A stretch of DNA of 63,898 nucleotides, counting the filler, from Octopus bimaculoides (lineage: Eukaryota), in assembly GCF_001194135.2 (NCBI RefSeq). It is 10 parts of 8 records of this genome, joined end to end, with 100 filler letters (N's around TTAATTAATTAA, not from the genome) between each part and the next. Parts side by side here need not be neighbours in the genome. Positions count along the whole stretch, not along the records: positions 1 to 4,610 come from NW_026351580.1; positions 4,711 to 12,916 come from NC_068988.1; 8 more parts are not named here. One strand, given 5' to 3'. Made by a program: the position numbers and the translations under genes. Shown here piece by piece: positions 1-12,215 of this stretch. Within the stretch, counting starts at the first letter, position 1, and each line of letters opens with the position of its first letter. A model generated the notes under the pieces. It did not search any database and had not been told where the DNA came from. It saw nothing but the letters and a program-made list of their open reading frames with translations.

Positions 1-2
1 TA

Positions 3-35
<33 letters not shown>

Positions 36-689
36 TTATATATATGCATACACACACACATATGCACTTACATATATGGACATATATCTACAATAATTAT
101 CAACACATATCTATCTTTGTTTGAGTGTGTGTGTATATGTATGTTTGTCATGTATGCGTTTGAGCATGCGCATCTTGCGATACATATAAAAACGGAATAT
201 CACTCGCGCATATACGCACATCTTACATAAATTACATGCAATCACATTTGCAACGCATCCGAATATGCACAGACACACACACACACACACACACAATCAC
301 AGATACTCACCCACACACAATGTGTGTTTCTCCGATCATGTGTAAAATGACGATTATAATATTGTTACAAAAATTACATAACAAAGAAATAAAACGTGAA
401 AAAAAAAAAAGCGAAAAGAAAAACAAAACAGAAAACAAAAAAATCCCACTATTTTTTTTTATTATTATATTTATATATGTGTTTTCCCCCACATAGGATT
501 TGAAACCGGCACGCAATATTCATCGTCATCAGATTACGTTGAGGAGAAAATTAATTTGGAGAAAGTATGGCGATGTGCCCTGGGAGGTCTTCGGCTGATT
601 GATTGATATCCATGCAGTTCTCCGCCATAGTCACCACCANNNNNNNNNNNNNNNNNNNNNNNNNNNNNNNNNNNNNNNNNNNNNNNNNN

Positions 690-746
<57 letters not shown>

Positions 747-930
747 TATATATATATATATCTGTGTGCGTGTGGTGTGTGCATGTTACATTATGCCTAT
801 GTGAACATATGTATGTATATATACGTGGACATGTACATGTGTGTGTATATCTATCTCTCTCTCTACCTACCTATCTATGTCCCCCCTCTCTGTGTCTCCC
901 TATCTATGTATCTCTTTCTCTGTCTGCCTT

Positions 931-969
<39 letters not shown>

Positions 970-1600
970 CTCTTTCTCTGTCTGTCTCTCTATCTATCTA
1001 TTTATTTTTCTCTTTATCTGTCTATCTCTCTCTCTATATATATATATATATAGATATATATATATTTCTGTCTTTCTCTCTCTCTCCATCTATCTAGTTT
1101 TCTGTTTCTCTGTCTGTCTGTCTATCTATCTATCTCTCTCTCTATATATATATCTTTCTCTCCATCTATCTATCTGTCTATCTATCTACCTACCTATGTA
1201 TGTATCTATCTATCTATCTATCTACCTATCTCTCTATCTCTCTATCTCTTTATCTATATATCTAGTTTTCTGTTTCTCTGTCAGTCTGTCTATCTATCTA
1301 TATATATCTTTCTCTCCATCTATCTATGTCTATCTATCTACCTACCTATGTATCTATCTATCTATCTACCTATCTATCTATCTATCTATCTATCTCTCTT
1401 TCTCTGTATCTCTTTATCTATCTATCTAGTTTTCTGTTTCTCTGTCTATCTATCTATCTATCTATCTATCTACCTATCTCTCTATCTATCTCTCTTTCTC
1501 TGTATCTCTTTATCTATCTATCTAGTTTTCTGTTTCTCTGTCAGTCTGTCTATCTATCTATCTATCTATCTACCTACCTACCTACCTACCTACCTACCTA
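690..1600. repeat. Compound (TA)/(TC)/(TATC)/(TACC) microsatellite block with higher-order periodicity
   Basis: The anchor TCTAGTTTTCTGTTTCTCTGTC recurs at 1093, 1261, 1425 and 1521 within TATC/TC runs. Confidence 0.9.
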
Positions 1601-1749
1601 CCGCTCTGCATATATGTACATTACGTACAACCGCATGAGTTTGTCTGTCATAATATCTGTTTTTGTTGTGTAAGTTACAGCAATTATTGTTGTTTTCGTT
1701 TCTGAGTGTATAGTCAAAATCGGGCAAATAGTAAATTTATGGTTTTTCA

Positions 1750-2050
1750 TAGTATTCAGTTTACGCACACGGCGTCGGCAGCGGAGCTGTCGGCATTTAC
1801 GGCGCTGCTATTGCCTCCGGCGGTGTCGACGATGGCACAATCATTTGTTCAGCAGCGACGGCGGAATCACTAGCGGCAACTGCGGCCATGTTGGCGGCGG
1901 CTTGTGGTTGCTGTGGTGGCGGCTGGGGGAAGAGGATGGCCAGCGGGAATTCGTGTACATTCACGGCTTTAGAATCTCCTGTGCCGTGTCCAAAAAGATG
2001 GATTATATTTACTCGTATAATAGCATAATCGATTGGTCAATACGGTATTG
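1750..2050 (-). promoter_or_regulatory. CpG/GC-rich island; candidate promoter plus first exon of a leftward gene
   Basis: Abrupt GC/CpG enrichment in AT-rich DNA. On the minus strand: CCAAT (TTGACCAATC ~2031-2040), an AT-rich AAATATAA ~25 nt downstream, AAC-ATG-G at 1889 opening MAAVAASDSAVAAEQMIVPSSTPPEAIAAP, and a possible donor CC|GTAAAT at 1800. No gene identity. Confidence 0.35.
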
Positions 2051-2525
2051 AAGCGAGATAAAGAGCGGGAGAGGGAATTAGACAGAGCGAAAAATCGCCT
2101 GGAACGGAGAAGATGCTAAGTTGCTGCGTGCGATGATGCTGGTGAGAGGAAGAGAAGGATGTAGCGAGAGTTGTGGAGAGAGAGAGAGATGCAAAGGAGA
2201 AGAGCGAGAGAGAGGGGGTGGGGAAGTAACTGTGAGTGAGTGTGAGAGATGGAGAGAAATAATGTGTTTGTATAAGAAAGCGAAAGAGATGGGAGGAGTG
2301 TGTGTGTGAGGGAGGGAGAGAGGGAGGAGGGGAGCAAGGAGTGAATGTGTGTCTATTTGTGAAAGAACGGGAAGAGATAAATGAATACAGAACGAGAGAG
2401 AGAGATACATGACAGAGAGACAGAGTCGGAGAGGTAACTAGGGGAGTCTGAGAGAGATTCAGAGCAAGCAAGAAAGAATGAATGAGAAAGAGAGAAAGAA
2501 CTAGAAGTAATAAATACACAGACAG

Positions 2526-2570
<45 letters not shown>

Positions 2571-2667
2571 ATTGATAGATGAAAAGATAGACAGAGAAGA
2601 ACTAAAAAGACAGAAGCAGAAAAAAAAACAATGAGAGAAAGAGAAAGGATCAGTAAGAGAGAGAGAG

Positions 2668-2699
<32 letters not shown>

Positions 2700-3300
2700 G
2701 TGTGAGAGAAAGAGAGAGAGAGAGTGATAAAGGGTGAGAGATAAATAATGAGAGAGAGTGAGAGAGTGAGAAAGAAAGAGATGTGGGTAGAACTATAGAA
2801 GAGAGGAATGCGAAGAATGGAGATGAAGTAGGAAGCGAGGAAGAAGATTGCAGAAAAATGCTAAGGTGAATGGAGGTGAATGTATACAATTTAAAATGGC
2901 CGTTATTTCTTATTTTCTACTTTCACTTTCCTCGTCGTCGTCGTTGTGGAGTAAAGTAGAGAGAGAGAGAGAGGGTGGAAGAGGGCTAGGGTAGTGGAGA
3001 GTCAGGTAGGGTAGATGAGGATAGAGTTGAAAGAGAATTAGAAAGATTGAGGGCAGAGTGAAAGAGTGTGAGAGATGATGGAAGAGAGAGAAAGAGAGAA
3101 AGAGAGAGAGAGAGAGAGATAGAGGAGAGTTGAACGTATGAGCGAAAGTCGGGAGTAGAGCGAGAGAGAGGAGGAAGTGAGAGAGAGTAGAATGTATGAG
3201 AGAGAGAGAGAGAGAGGGGGGAGAAAGAGTAGAATGCATGGGAGAGTGGGAAGTAGAGTGAGAAAGAGGAGATAGTTGAGTGATGGAGAAAGAGAAATCG
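2050..3300. repeat. (GA)n/(GT)n-rich low-complexity tract
   Basis: Purine-rich GAGA runs with a (TG)n block at ~2530-2567. Confidence 0.9.
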
Positions 3301-3304
3301 AGAG

Positions 3305-3365
3305 AATTGAACTCAGTACCTCATGATTGTGAGCCCGACTCTCTAGCCACTGAGCCATGCACCTT
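3305..3365 (-). mobile_element. tRNA-derived SINE head fragment
   Basis: Reverse complement GTGCATGGCTCAGTGGCTAGAG...TGAGTTCAATT has A-box/B-box-like motifs. Confidence 0.5.
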
Positions 3366-3818
3366 CTTTTATAATTTTGAAATGAGGGAATGAGCGTCAT
3401 TTGGCTGGAATTTTTGTAACATGGCGAACCATTCAACATCTGTTCCCAATGTACAAGGCAGATACGGGCAGCCTCTCTCGAGAAGCGGGCCGTTTGAAAC
3501 ATGGGTTATAATGAGGTGGGCGGCGCTACTAAAATAATACGAGGTAATTTTTCACTAGGTGTGACATTTAGAAAGTCCCGCGGGCCGCAGTTTTCCCATG
3601 ACTAATATACAGGAAGGGGTATCTTGTCTTTTATAAATATATATATACGTCATTTAAGAAAGTAGGGTCAAAAATGCACCTTACAAAAGGTCGCTTTGAT
3701 TTTTAGCTGGGGGTATTTTTTTACCCAACTTAAATTATTCTGTATTTTACCTGTATAAGTAAAGATTTGCTAGCCACCTCATTATTGCTGTATATAACGG
3801 AAATAATACTTCACTTTT

Positions 3819-3906
<88 letters not shown>

Positions 3907-3959
3907 GTGTCTGTATCTATCCATCCGCCAGTCTATCGGTTCATCTATCTGTCTGTCTA

Positions 3960-4270
3960 GCTAGCTAGCTATTTCCCCTTCTATCTATCTGCCTGCCGGT
4001 CTATCAATCTATCTATCGGTCTATCAATCTATTTCTCTATCTGTCGGTCTATCAACCTATCGGTCTATCAACCTATCGGTCTATCTATCTATCTATCTAT
4101 CCATCCCTCTGTGTCTCTCTATCGGTCTATCAATCTATCTATCTATCGGTCTATCAATCTATTTCTCTATCTGTCGGTCTATCAATCTATCTATCAACTT
4201 ATCGGTCTATCTATCTATCTACCTATCCATCCCTCTGTCTGTCTCTCTATCGGTCTATCAATTTATCTAT
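3960..4270. repeat. ATCGGTCTATC(A)ATCT-type minisatellite with an internal longer duplication
   Basis: Repeated ATCGGTCTATCAA units; the CTATTTCTCTATCTGTCGGTCTATCAA block occurs twice. Confidence 0.85.
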
Positions 4271-4573
4271 CTATCAATATATCTATCTTTCTCTTTCTCC
4301 ATCTCTATTTATATATATATACCTTTTACTTGTATCAGTAATTTCTGAATGCGTCACACCCACACACCCACACCCACACACAAATATCTATAAAACCTGC
4401 ATATACACCCGGGTGTATACCACTTAACCCTACATTATTGGGTGCATTTTTGCTTAACAACCAATCATACCAGTATGAACCTACAACAATGAACTCTGCA
4501 ATATACACACAGAAAATCTCCGGTCTATACATGCATCCATATGTTATATATATATATATGTTTATATATATGT

Positions 4574-4610
<37 letters not shown>

Positions 4611-4710
4611 NNNNNNNNNNNNNNNNNNNNNNNNNNNNNNNNNNNNNNNNNNNNTTAATTAATTAANNNNNNNNNNNNNNNNNNNNNNNNNNNNNNNNNN
4701 NNNNNNNNNN
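4611..4710. other. Artificial scaffold join (N-TTAATTAATTAA-N, 100 bp)
   Basis: The same 12-mer, with stops in all six frames and centred in ~100 bp of N, occurs at 4656, 12961, 17648, 29444, 37249, 45818, 53145, 58876 and 61714. Confidence 0.97.
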
Positions 4711-4776
<66 letters not shown>

Positions 4777-4777
<1 letters not shown>

Positions 4778-4990
4778 GGCGACGCGCAGGCAGAATCGTT
4801 AGCGTGGCAGGCAAAGTGCTTAGCATTATTTTCGTCTGATCTTACGTTCTGAATTCAAATTCCGCCGAGGTCAACTTTGCCTTTCATCCTTTAGGGTTGA
4901 TAAATTAAGTACCAGTTGCGTAGTGCGCATGGTTTAATCGACTAGTCCCCTTCACAAAATTTCAGGCCTTGTGCCTATTATTGAAGGATT
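4777..4990 (+). mobile_element. tRNA-derived SINE, family B (GGCG..GGCAGAATCGTTAGC head)
   Basis: Head AGGCGACGCGCAGGCAGAATCGTTAGC, B-box-like GAATTCAAATTCC, body GAGGTCAACTTTGCCTTTCATCC, tail GGCCTTGTGCC. It directly follows (TTA)n at 4711-4776, and many homologous copies occur in the window. Confidence 0.85.
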
Positions 4991-4994
4991 CAGC

Positions 4995-6250
4995 CGAGGA
5001 AGCGACGCCTGATCTCTCCGCGTTTTGTTTTTGAAAATCGTCAGTTTTCTCCAGAAAATAGCGGTGCTTTCCAGCACTTATCCAATTTATTCCATTTCTT
5101 ATTCCTCGTGGAAACATTTAGAATTTTCTTCAATGGCAGCAACACGTAGTTTCGAGGGAGTTTCAGTCATCGACGAGAGAGGAGGAGGGGCAGAGAGTGT
5201 CTTGCTACAAAAATGAGAGAGGGGGGCAATTCTTCGCCTGTTGGTGTGACTACTAGACCGGCAAGCAGGCAAAAGAAGATGGCCATCCCAATCACAAACA
5301 GCAACTCTGACACAAACGCTATCATCACCTCTGCCACTATCATTACCAACAACAACAACAATAACAAAAAAAAAACTCTCGCAGCAACAACACCAGCATC
5401 ATCATCAGCAACAAAATCAGCCATAGCAGCAGCCGCTGTAGCAACAGCAACAGCAGAATTAAAGCTTTGACGAGAGAGACAAATAAGCAGTACAACTACG
5501 ATATAAGTGATTTCCCCCTGTTAGCAAGCAGCTTGGTTACTTCGGTCAACGGTATGAATATCACCAGAAACAATAGCGTCGTTTTGGCTCCGATTAACAC
5601 CAACAGCGACAGGAACAACAAAAGCAATATAATCAATAGCAGTAACGATAAAAAACAAAACAAAAATGCCCACTTTAAATTAAAGAATCAGAGGCCTTTG
5701 AAATCGACCTGCTGAACCTAGTTAGAAAGGTAAAGTTCAGAAAAATTTTCTAGCCATTTTCAACACACCCTCACCAATGACTTGAAGCGTTTCCATATAC
5801 TGGACAAATTTCACCTACACTCAGACAAAACCAAAAACATTTATGAGGGAGAGAAACATCTGTATAATCAGTTTCTCTCTAGCAATAACAAAAAGGACCC
5901 TAGCACATACAGCAACATTAATATTGAAACAAAAGAACTAGTGTCAAAAATTAAAATAGATGATAGAGATGAATGCTTAGCTCTTAAAACAGCCTGTGTC
6001 ACTTTAAAGGGCCTAAAGCTAACTCCTTAGCTGACCCAAACTGCAGACATATTAACCTCTCCAAAAATGAAGAAAGCAGAGTCCGTAAGATTCTATTAGA
6101 CTCTATTAATGATAAAAAAAACTAAAGCTACTAATCTTCCCTCACTGGAAGAATAGGCCATCTGTGATATACTAGTTTGAAAATTTACATGACAAAAAGA
6201 AATGTAAATTTACTCAATTTCATATTATTGATCTTTACCACTTTATCACT
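4995..6250 (+). pseudogene. Degenerate LINE ORF1 (gag-like) candidate with 5' UTR
   Basis: A chain of frameshifted, co-oriented ORFs (5133 MAATRSF..., 5213-5470, 5467-5715, 5782-6030): a low-complexity N/S/T-rich N-terminus (SDFPLL) followed by a more globular segment. No diagnostic motif recognised. Confidence 0.3.
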
Positions 6251-8229
6251 GAGGGACTGTGGAGGCACAATGGCCCANNNNNNNNNNNNNNNNNNNNNNN
6301 NNNNNNNNNNNNNNNNNNNNNNNNNNNNNNNNNNNNNNNNNNNNNNNNNNNNNNNNNNNNNNNNNNNNNNNNNNNNNNNNNNNNNNNNNNNNNNNNNNNN
6401 NNNNNNNNNNNNNNNNNNNNNNNNNNNNNNNNNNNNNNNNNNNNNNNNNNNNNNNNNNNNNNNNNNNNNNNNNNNNNNNNNNNNNNNNNNNNNNNNNNNN
6501 NNNNNNNNNNNNNNNNNNNNNNNNNNNNNNNNNNNNNNNNNNNNNNNNNNNNNNNNNNNNNNNNNNNNNNNNNNNNNNNNNNNNNNNNNNNNNNNNNNNN
6601 NNNNNNNNNNNNNNNNNNNNNNNNNNNNNNNNNNNNNNNNNNNNNNNNNNNNNNNNNNNNNNNNNNNNNNNNNNNNNNNNNNNNNNNNNNNNNNNNNNNN
6701 NNNNNNNNNNNNNNNNNNNNNNNNNNNNNNNNNNNNNNNNNNNNNNNNNNNNNNNNNNNNNNNNNNNNNNNNNNNNNNNNNNNNNNNNNNNNNNNNNNNN
6801 NNNNNNNNNNNNNNNNNNNNNNNNNNNNNNNNNNNNNNNNNNNNNNNNNNNNNNNNNNNNNNNNNNNNNNNNNNNNNNNNNNNNNNNNNNNNNNNNNNNN
6901 NNNNNNNNNNNNNNNNNNNNNNNNNNNNNNNNNNNNNNNNNNNNNNNNNNNNNNNNNNNNNNNNNNNNNNNNNNNNNNNNNNNNNNNNNNNNNNNNNNNN
7001 NNNNNNNNNNNNNNNNNNNNNNNNNNNNNNNNNNNNNNNNNNNNNNNNNNNNNNNNNNNNNNNNNNNNNNNNNNNNNNNNNNNNNNNNNNNNNNNNNNNA
7101 TATATATATATATATATATATACATACACTCACATGCATATATATCTGCATCCATGCAGGTATATGTGTGTGTATGTATATTTGTGTGTGTGTGTGTGTG
7201 TGTGTGTGTGAGTGTGCGTATTTATATGTGTATGTAGCTCATGTTCTGATACATATGTTTCGTTTTCAATGAGAATCTCAACGACAAAGAGATGTTTGTA
7301 GCCAACAATGAAAACCTGTTCTGTAATACAATTAATCAAGTCATTGTATTATATCTCATCATTATCAAAGGCAACTGATAGAGCAGATTTGATTGACTGT
7401 CTGAACCCATTCATCTCTTCGAAACGCCCCACCATTGCCACACAAAATTGATCTACCCTACCTACCAACCTACTTACCTACCTACCTATCTACCTACCTA
7501 CACGCTTCTATTGTCGTATTTTTCTTTGTTGCATCACTAATCATGCTGTATAGTAGCACTTTGCGAATGTAACGTTCATTCACACTATTAATTATCATCG
7601 TGTGATCTAATCCGGCAAGCGTCTGATATACTGAATGAAGCATGAAGACTGGTTCTCTTTACTTCAGTGTAATTTTCTATACTAGTTATCATGTAGTTGG
7701 TAGTATTAATTTGTGTCTATAACAGTCATTTACAGCATTCATTTGCTTCGTGAGTTAAAATGAAGCAATGTTTTATTTTGAGATGTGTCTGATTTAATGA
7801 AAGAAACTATATGTATTATGGTTTGTTAAACGAATTTGTGAAAGGGTTATGTTTTTTTGCTTTCTCTAGAAGAATTCAATTTATCTAACACCCACTGTGA
7901 AATTTGGTTTACAAAGATGGGAAATAACTCGGTAACAATCTGGTGTAATTAGATTTATGAAAGTGCAAAACATCCGAATCAATGTTAAAATATTGGGTTA
8001 AGTGTATAGGAAATATATGAACTACTTATCCTTGCTGAGAGAACGAGTGTACGCATTTGGGATAGGCATAAATTATTTAATCGTGCTGTGAAAATGGGGT
8101 GCCCCACAGAGAGTGCTAGGATAGATAGGATACATTTAACCATGGTGTGAAAACAGAATAAGAATCTAGTGGCGGGGAATATCTGAATTATTTAATTTTG
8201 TTGTGATAATGGATTACCAAATCTGGGGA

Positions 8230-8460
8230 AGATACGTATGACTTAACGATGTTGTGAATGGAGTTAAGATATTAGGGAAAAATCAGTACAATTTGAGCCT
8301 GCCGTGATCTCGAAACCGGTAACGCTCTGTTTTAGCTGTTGCAAGTCAACAGTAAGGGAGTAAGTTTGAAAGAGGAGTGCGTCAAGAGTGCTGGATTGGA
8401 AGGGACAGGGAACAAGACAAGACAGCTGTAAGAGGGACCGTAGTAGTAGTAGTAGTAGTG

Positions 8461-8511
<51 letters not shown>

Positions 8512-8522
8512 ACAGCAGCAGC

Positions 8523-8559
<37 letters not shown>

Positions 8560-11500
8560 ATTGTTGTTGTTGTGGTAGTGATGGTGGTAATAGTAGCAGT
8601 AGCATTATAAACAAAAAACTTAGAAATGAGACAGTGGGTTTGTGAGTGATAGGAAAATCCTTGAGAGTAACGTTATGTCAATAATTCGAAAAATATCTCT
8701 TTAGATACACTATGTATGTATAGCTGCACGATAGGTTCAGATGTTAGCACAGTATTCAAATTCAAGACTTACTTGTTTTCTATAGATTGTCATAAATTGA
8801 GAGAAGTTGAAGTATATTTTGACCTTACAGAGAACGCCTGTCCGAGGGGTTGCGTTTCTAGTTTTGTTAAGGATTCTTTCCGCCAAGGGAACTCTACGGT
8901 GACACTGGATTGAATGTGAGCTTTCTACGGAAGACTTTTCATATTTAAAAAAGGTTTCAAGGGTGATAATATTTTATTAACTTGTGAAGTGGTTGTAATT
9001 TTATTTTGCTGTTTAAGAAAAGATTTTCGTGAGCAAAATGGAGAATGTCTTCAGGGTTTCTTAATGGTTTCAGAACTCATAGCTATCCTGACATGCATAC
9101 GTTGCTTGTGGATGACATATGAGTGTGACTTGTTAGCCAACAATGAAAGGTCGTGTTACAAAGATACATGTGGACGATAATGAACACAGTAGAAAATAGG
9201 TCGTTGATAAATAAGATGGAGAATGTCGGTGACAAAATCGAAGTTTTAGTTACATCAAGCTTTCGAGAGTGTGGATCCATTTGCAATCAACGATACTATG
9301 ATGTGACTAAACGTCACTTTTTTTTATAAGGGGCTTCAAGGGGGATAATGGTTCATTAACTTGGGCTGTGGTTGTAATTTTCTTGTGTTGCTGAAGAAAA
9401 AAATTTCGATGCAAAATGGAACGTGTTTTCGGCGTTTGTTAAAGGTGTCAGAAATGATAGCTACTATAACATAAATAGGTCGCTTGTGGACATTTGAATG
9501 TTGAAGGTTAGCCAGGAATGAAATATGGTGTTATAAGTATGAAAGTGGACGATGATTAAGATAGCAGAAAATATGTCGCTGATAAATAAGGTGAAGAATG
9601 TGGGCTTCAGATCGAAGTTTATGGTAAACCAAGCTAAAGAGTGTGGATACATCCTCAATCAACGATGCTATGATTTGACTAAACGCCACTTATTCAAGAA
9701 ACGAACGACTAAAAAAGCCCATATGCAAGTAGTTTCTGCTGGAAAATGTGCGTGTCAGGTGGAGTTAAAACTTTTAGATGTTTTGTGGCAACGAAATTGA
9801 TTTAAGGCAAATTTCTCTAGAGTGTGAACCACTTCTGAGCGACTTTGGGGAATAAATTAGTAGCAGATCTAGCTTTACGAAAATTAATACAAGAGATGAT
9901 TAAGAAAGGAAAGAGAGTTTCACAATGGTGGCTAATTGCTTGGTAATTGCCAGCTCCCTTGCGTTTGAGATAATGGAAATGAATATTTGGCAGTGTCAGT
10001 GGAATTATCATTGCTTGGGAAAGGAACATAAGGTAGCGTGTTTCCAAAAGTCTGAATATGTTCTGAGAGAAGAGAGAGAGAGAGAGGGGGCGGGAGATGA
10101 GAGAGAGATAGGAGAGAGAGAAAAACTTTGGGAAAGAGGTAGAGAGAAAGAGTGAGAAAGAGAGAGAGAAAGTGAAAAGAGAGAAAAGGATTGGAGACGG
10201 ACAGACACATAGAGACAGATATAGAGGCACAGAGACGGAGGTAGAGAGAGAAAGTGAAAGTGAAGAAAGTGGAAGAGAAAGAGAGAAAGAGAGAAAAGAG
10301 AGAGAAATAGAGAGAGAAAAAAGAGAGAGAGAGAGAGAAAAGAAAGAGAGAGAGAAAAGAGAGAGAGAGGGATTGATGAATTTTATTATAGGGGCCAGCT
10401 CTGAGACACGTTGTTCGAGCGTAAAGGCAAGGGCAATATTGGGACTGATGGTCCTGTTAGCTTTAACTGATGGAAACTATATTCACATGTATGTGTTGAT
10501 GGTGGGGAGCTTTCCCGAATAAAAGGAGAAACTAAAAGAGCACTAGATTCATCTAGTCTCTACATTAACACGGAAAATGCAATGCTGCTCGCAAAGGCTG
10601 AGTGGTTCTACACATTTGTACTACTTCCAGGACCATCATGTTTGAGAAGTGTGGGAAAGGATTATTCTGAAACCTGGATGAATGTCCTTCTTAAAGGAAC
10701 CAAAATGATTGGCATCATTTTGGAAGGCATCGGATCAAGAGGGTAGTTTGGTACATATTGGAATCCATCTTGGTTTAAATTACAGTCTCGCAAAATTTAA
10801 CGATGTTGGTATAAGCAGTCTAGATTATATGACGAAATGATTTCTCCAAGCGGTACGAGATGAGTTGTTTGGTTGTATGTGACAACGGGATGTTGTGGCT
10901 AAGAGTGAGAAATGCCTAAGAAGATATATCATGCTCATCAAAGTTTCTTGTATGAAGAAAAGAATAGAGATGAGGCAAATGTACTCCTAGAGATAATTAT
11001 CTTTTAAATTTCTCAAACTCAACGTTTCAGCTGACTTAAAAATACTCTAACCTGGAAGGTCGTTGTGCAGTATATGGATGTGTGTCAATAATTCAAGATA
11101 AGACCAGTGCCATTCGAGACCATATGTATGCGGAAACTGTTAGGGTTTGTAATATTGGTGTTAGAAATTGAGAAAGTTATTAACTTTGTTTTCATATTGG
11201 CAGCATTAACAAGGGATAAATAAAAGTGTCAAAAAATCTCATCCATTCATCCTCTCTAAGATGCGTAGGGTATGGAGACAAATGTCGTGGATGGAGAAAG
11301 AGATCGGGTCAGAGAGTTTTCCACGGTTAAAAGAATCCAGACAGCAGTGAACAAAGCAGTTTTTACTTGGAAGAATGGAAAACGGAGATTTGAGTCAGAA
11401 TAACTAAAACGATTTTTGTTGCTGATATCCAGATGCTATACACGAGTAACAAGACAAGGTAAGTTTATGTATAAGAAGGCATCAACTTCCGAGACTGATG

Positions 11501-11960
11501 TTTGTGAAAACGGTGGAGTCTGGACAGATGCAAACTATAGATAAGGGATCATAGATGCAGGCTATAGATAAGGTATCATAGATTAGTGTGTTAGAGATAA
11601 ACGCAAAGTGTTACTTGCATATAAGTAAGAAGTCATATGCCGAAGATAGGATATATTGGAATCCATGAATGATAGGGAAGAGTAGATAACATTTTCAAGG
11701 TTTTTAAATATCATTTTTTGGTATGTTGTGAACGATGGTTTGAGATTAACGGATAGTTCCTATGAAGTGTCTAAACAGAATGCTTGCAACAAAGAATCAA
11801 ACTTTGCTAAAAGTTCTCATAGGCTTTGTGGTGGCATTAAATCGAGTAGTGTAATGTCCTTACCGGGAAAAATTATATGCATTAAATACATTTTGGGGTC
11901 TGGATACCGAATGTTCAAATATTCACGATCGAATCTTGTAGCCATCTTCCATATGAATTT
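8230..11960 (-). mobile_element. Old CR1-group LINE (ORF2: endonuclease remnants, RT, C-terminus), heavily decayed
   Basis: Minus-strand peptides NFRKARSATNLFPKVAQKW (QYGFR.ARST-type), SILSPTFSILFINDLFS (GS.L.P.LF..FIND) and TVDLQQLKQSV near the 3' end. Interrupted by (TAG)n 8440-8600 and (GA)n 10070-10370. Confidence 0.7.
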
Positions 11961-12059
11961 CAAAGACCCTTAATACACAAAGACCTATACTTAAATATGG
12001 GATTTCGATTTACAGCTCTAATTTATATGAACAATGTTCATTAACCGAATCGGTAGTAT

Positions 12060-12215
12060 AAAGTGCAAAATTCTTTTGCGTTATTTAATTGCCTACTGTA
12101 CGTTTCAGGTCCAAATCAAGCAAAGGCTGATTTTTGCATTTCATCCTTTGTGGAGTAGAGGCAAAAAGTACCAGCTGTTTACTGGATCGATGTAATAGAC
12201 TGGGCTCAGTCTCCA
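12060..12215 (+). mobile_element. Degenerate SINE family B fragment
   Basis: GCATTTCATCCTTTGTGGAG...AAGTACCAG...GATCGATGTAATAGACT matches the family B body. Confidence 0.55.

Noticed and set aside
497-598. DLKPARNI as a protein-kinase catalytic loop
   Set aside because: No preceding HR and no downstream DFG; the frame stops after 33 codons.
599-1673. ORFs rich in YI/LS/CV/HT dipeptides throughout the window
   Set aside because: They are translations of di- and tetranucleotide microsatellites.
3540-3600. Helitron-like 3' end (GC palindrome then CTAG) on the minus strand
   Set aside because: The hairpin is weak, the spacing to CTAG is long, and there is no second copy or 5' TC end to confirm it.
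4656-4667. Recurrent TTAATTAATTAA as a biological motif (homeodomain or PacI sites)
   Set aside because: It is always centred in N runs of fixed total length; an assembly spacer.
6177-7272. Long ORFs of 200-350 aa in the ORF track (also at 16, 18.6, 23.7, 31.6, 50.6, 56.2 and 63 kb)
   Set aside because: They are read-throughs of N gaps (poly-X), not coding sequence.
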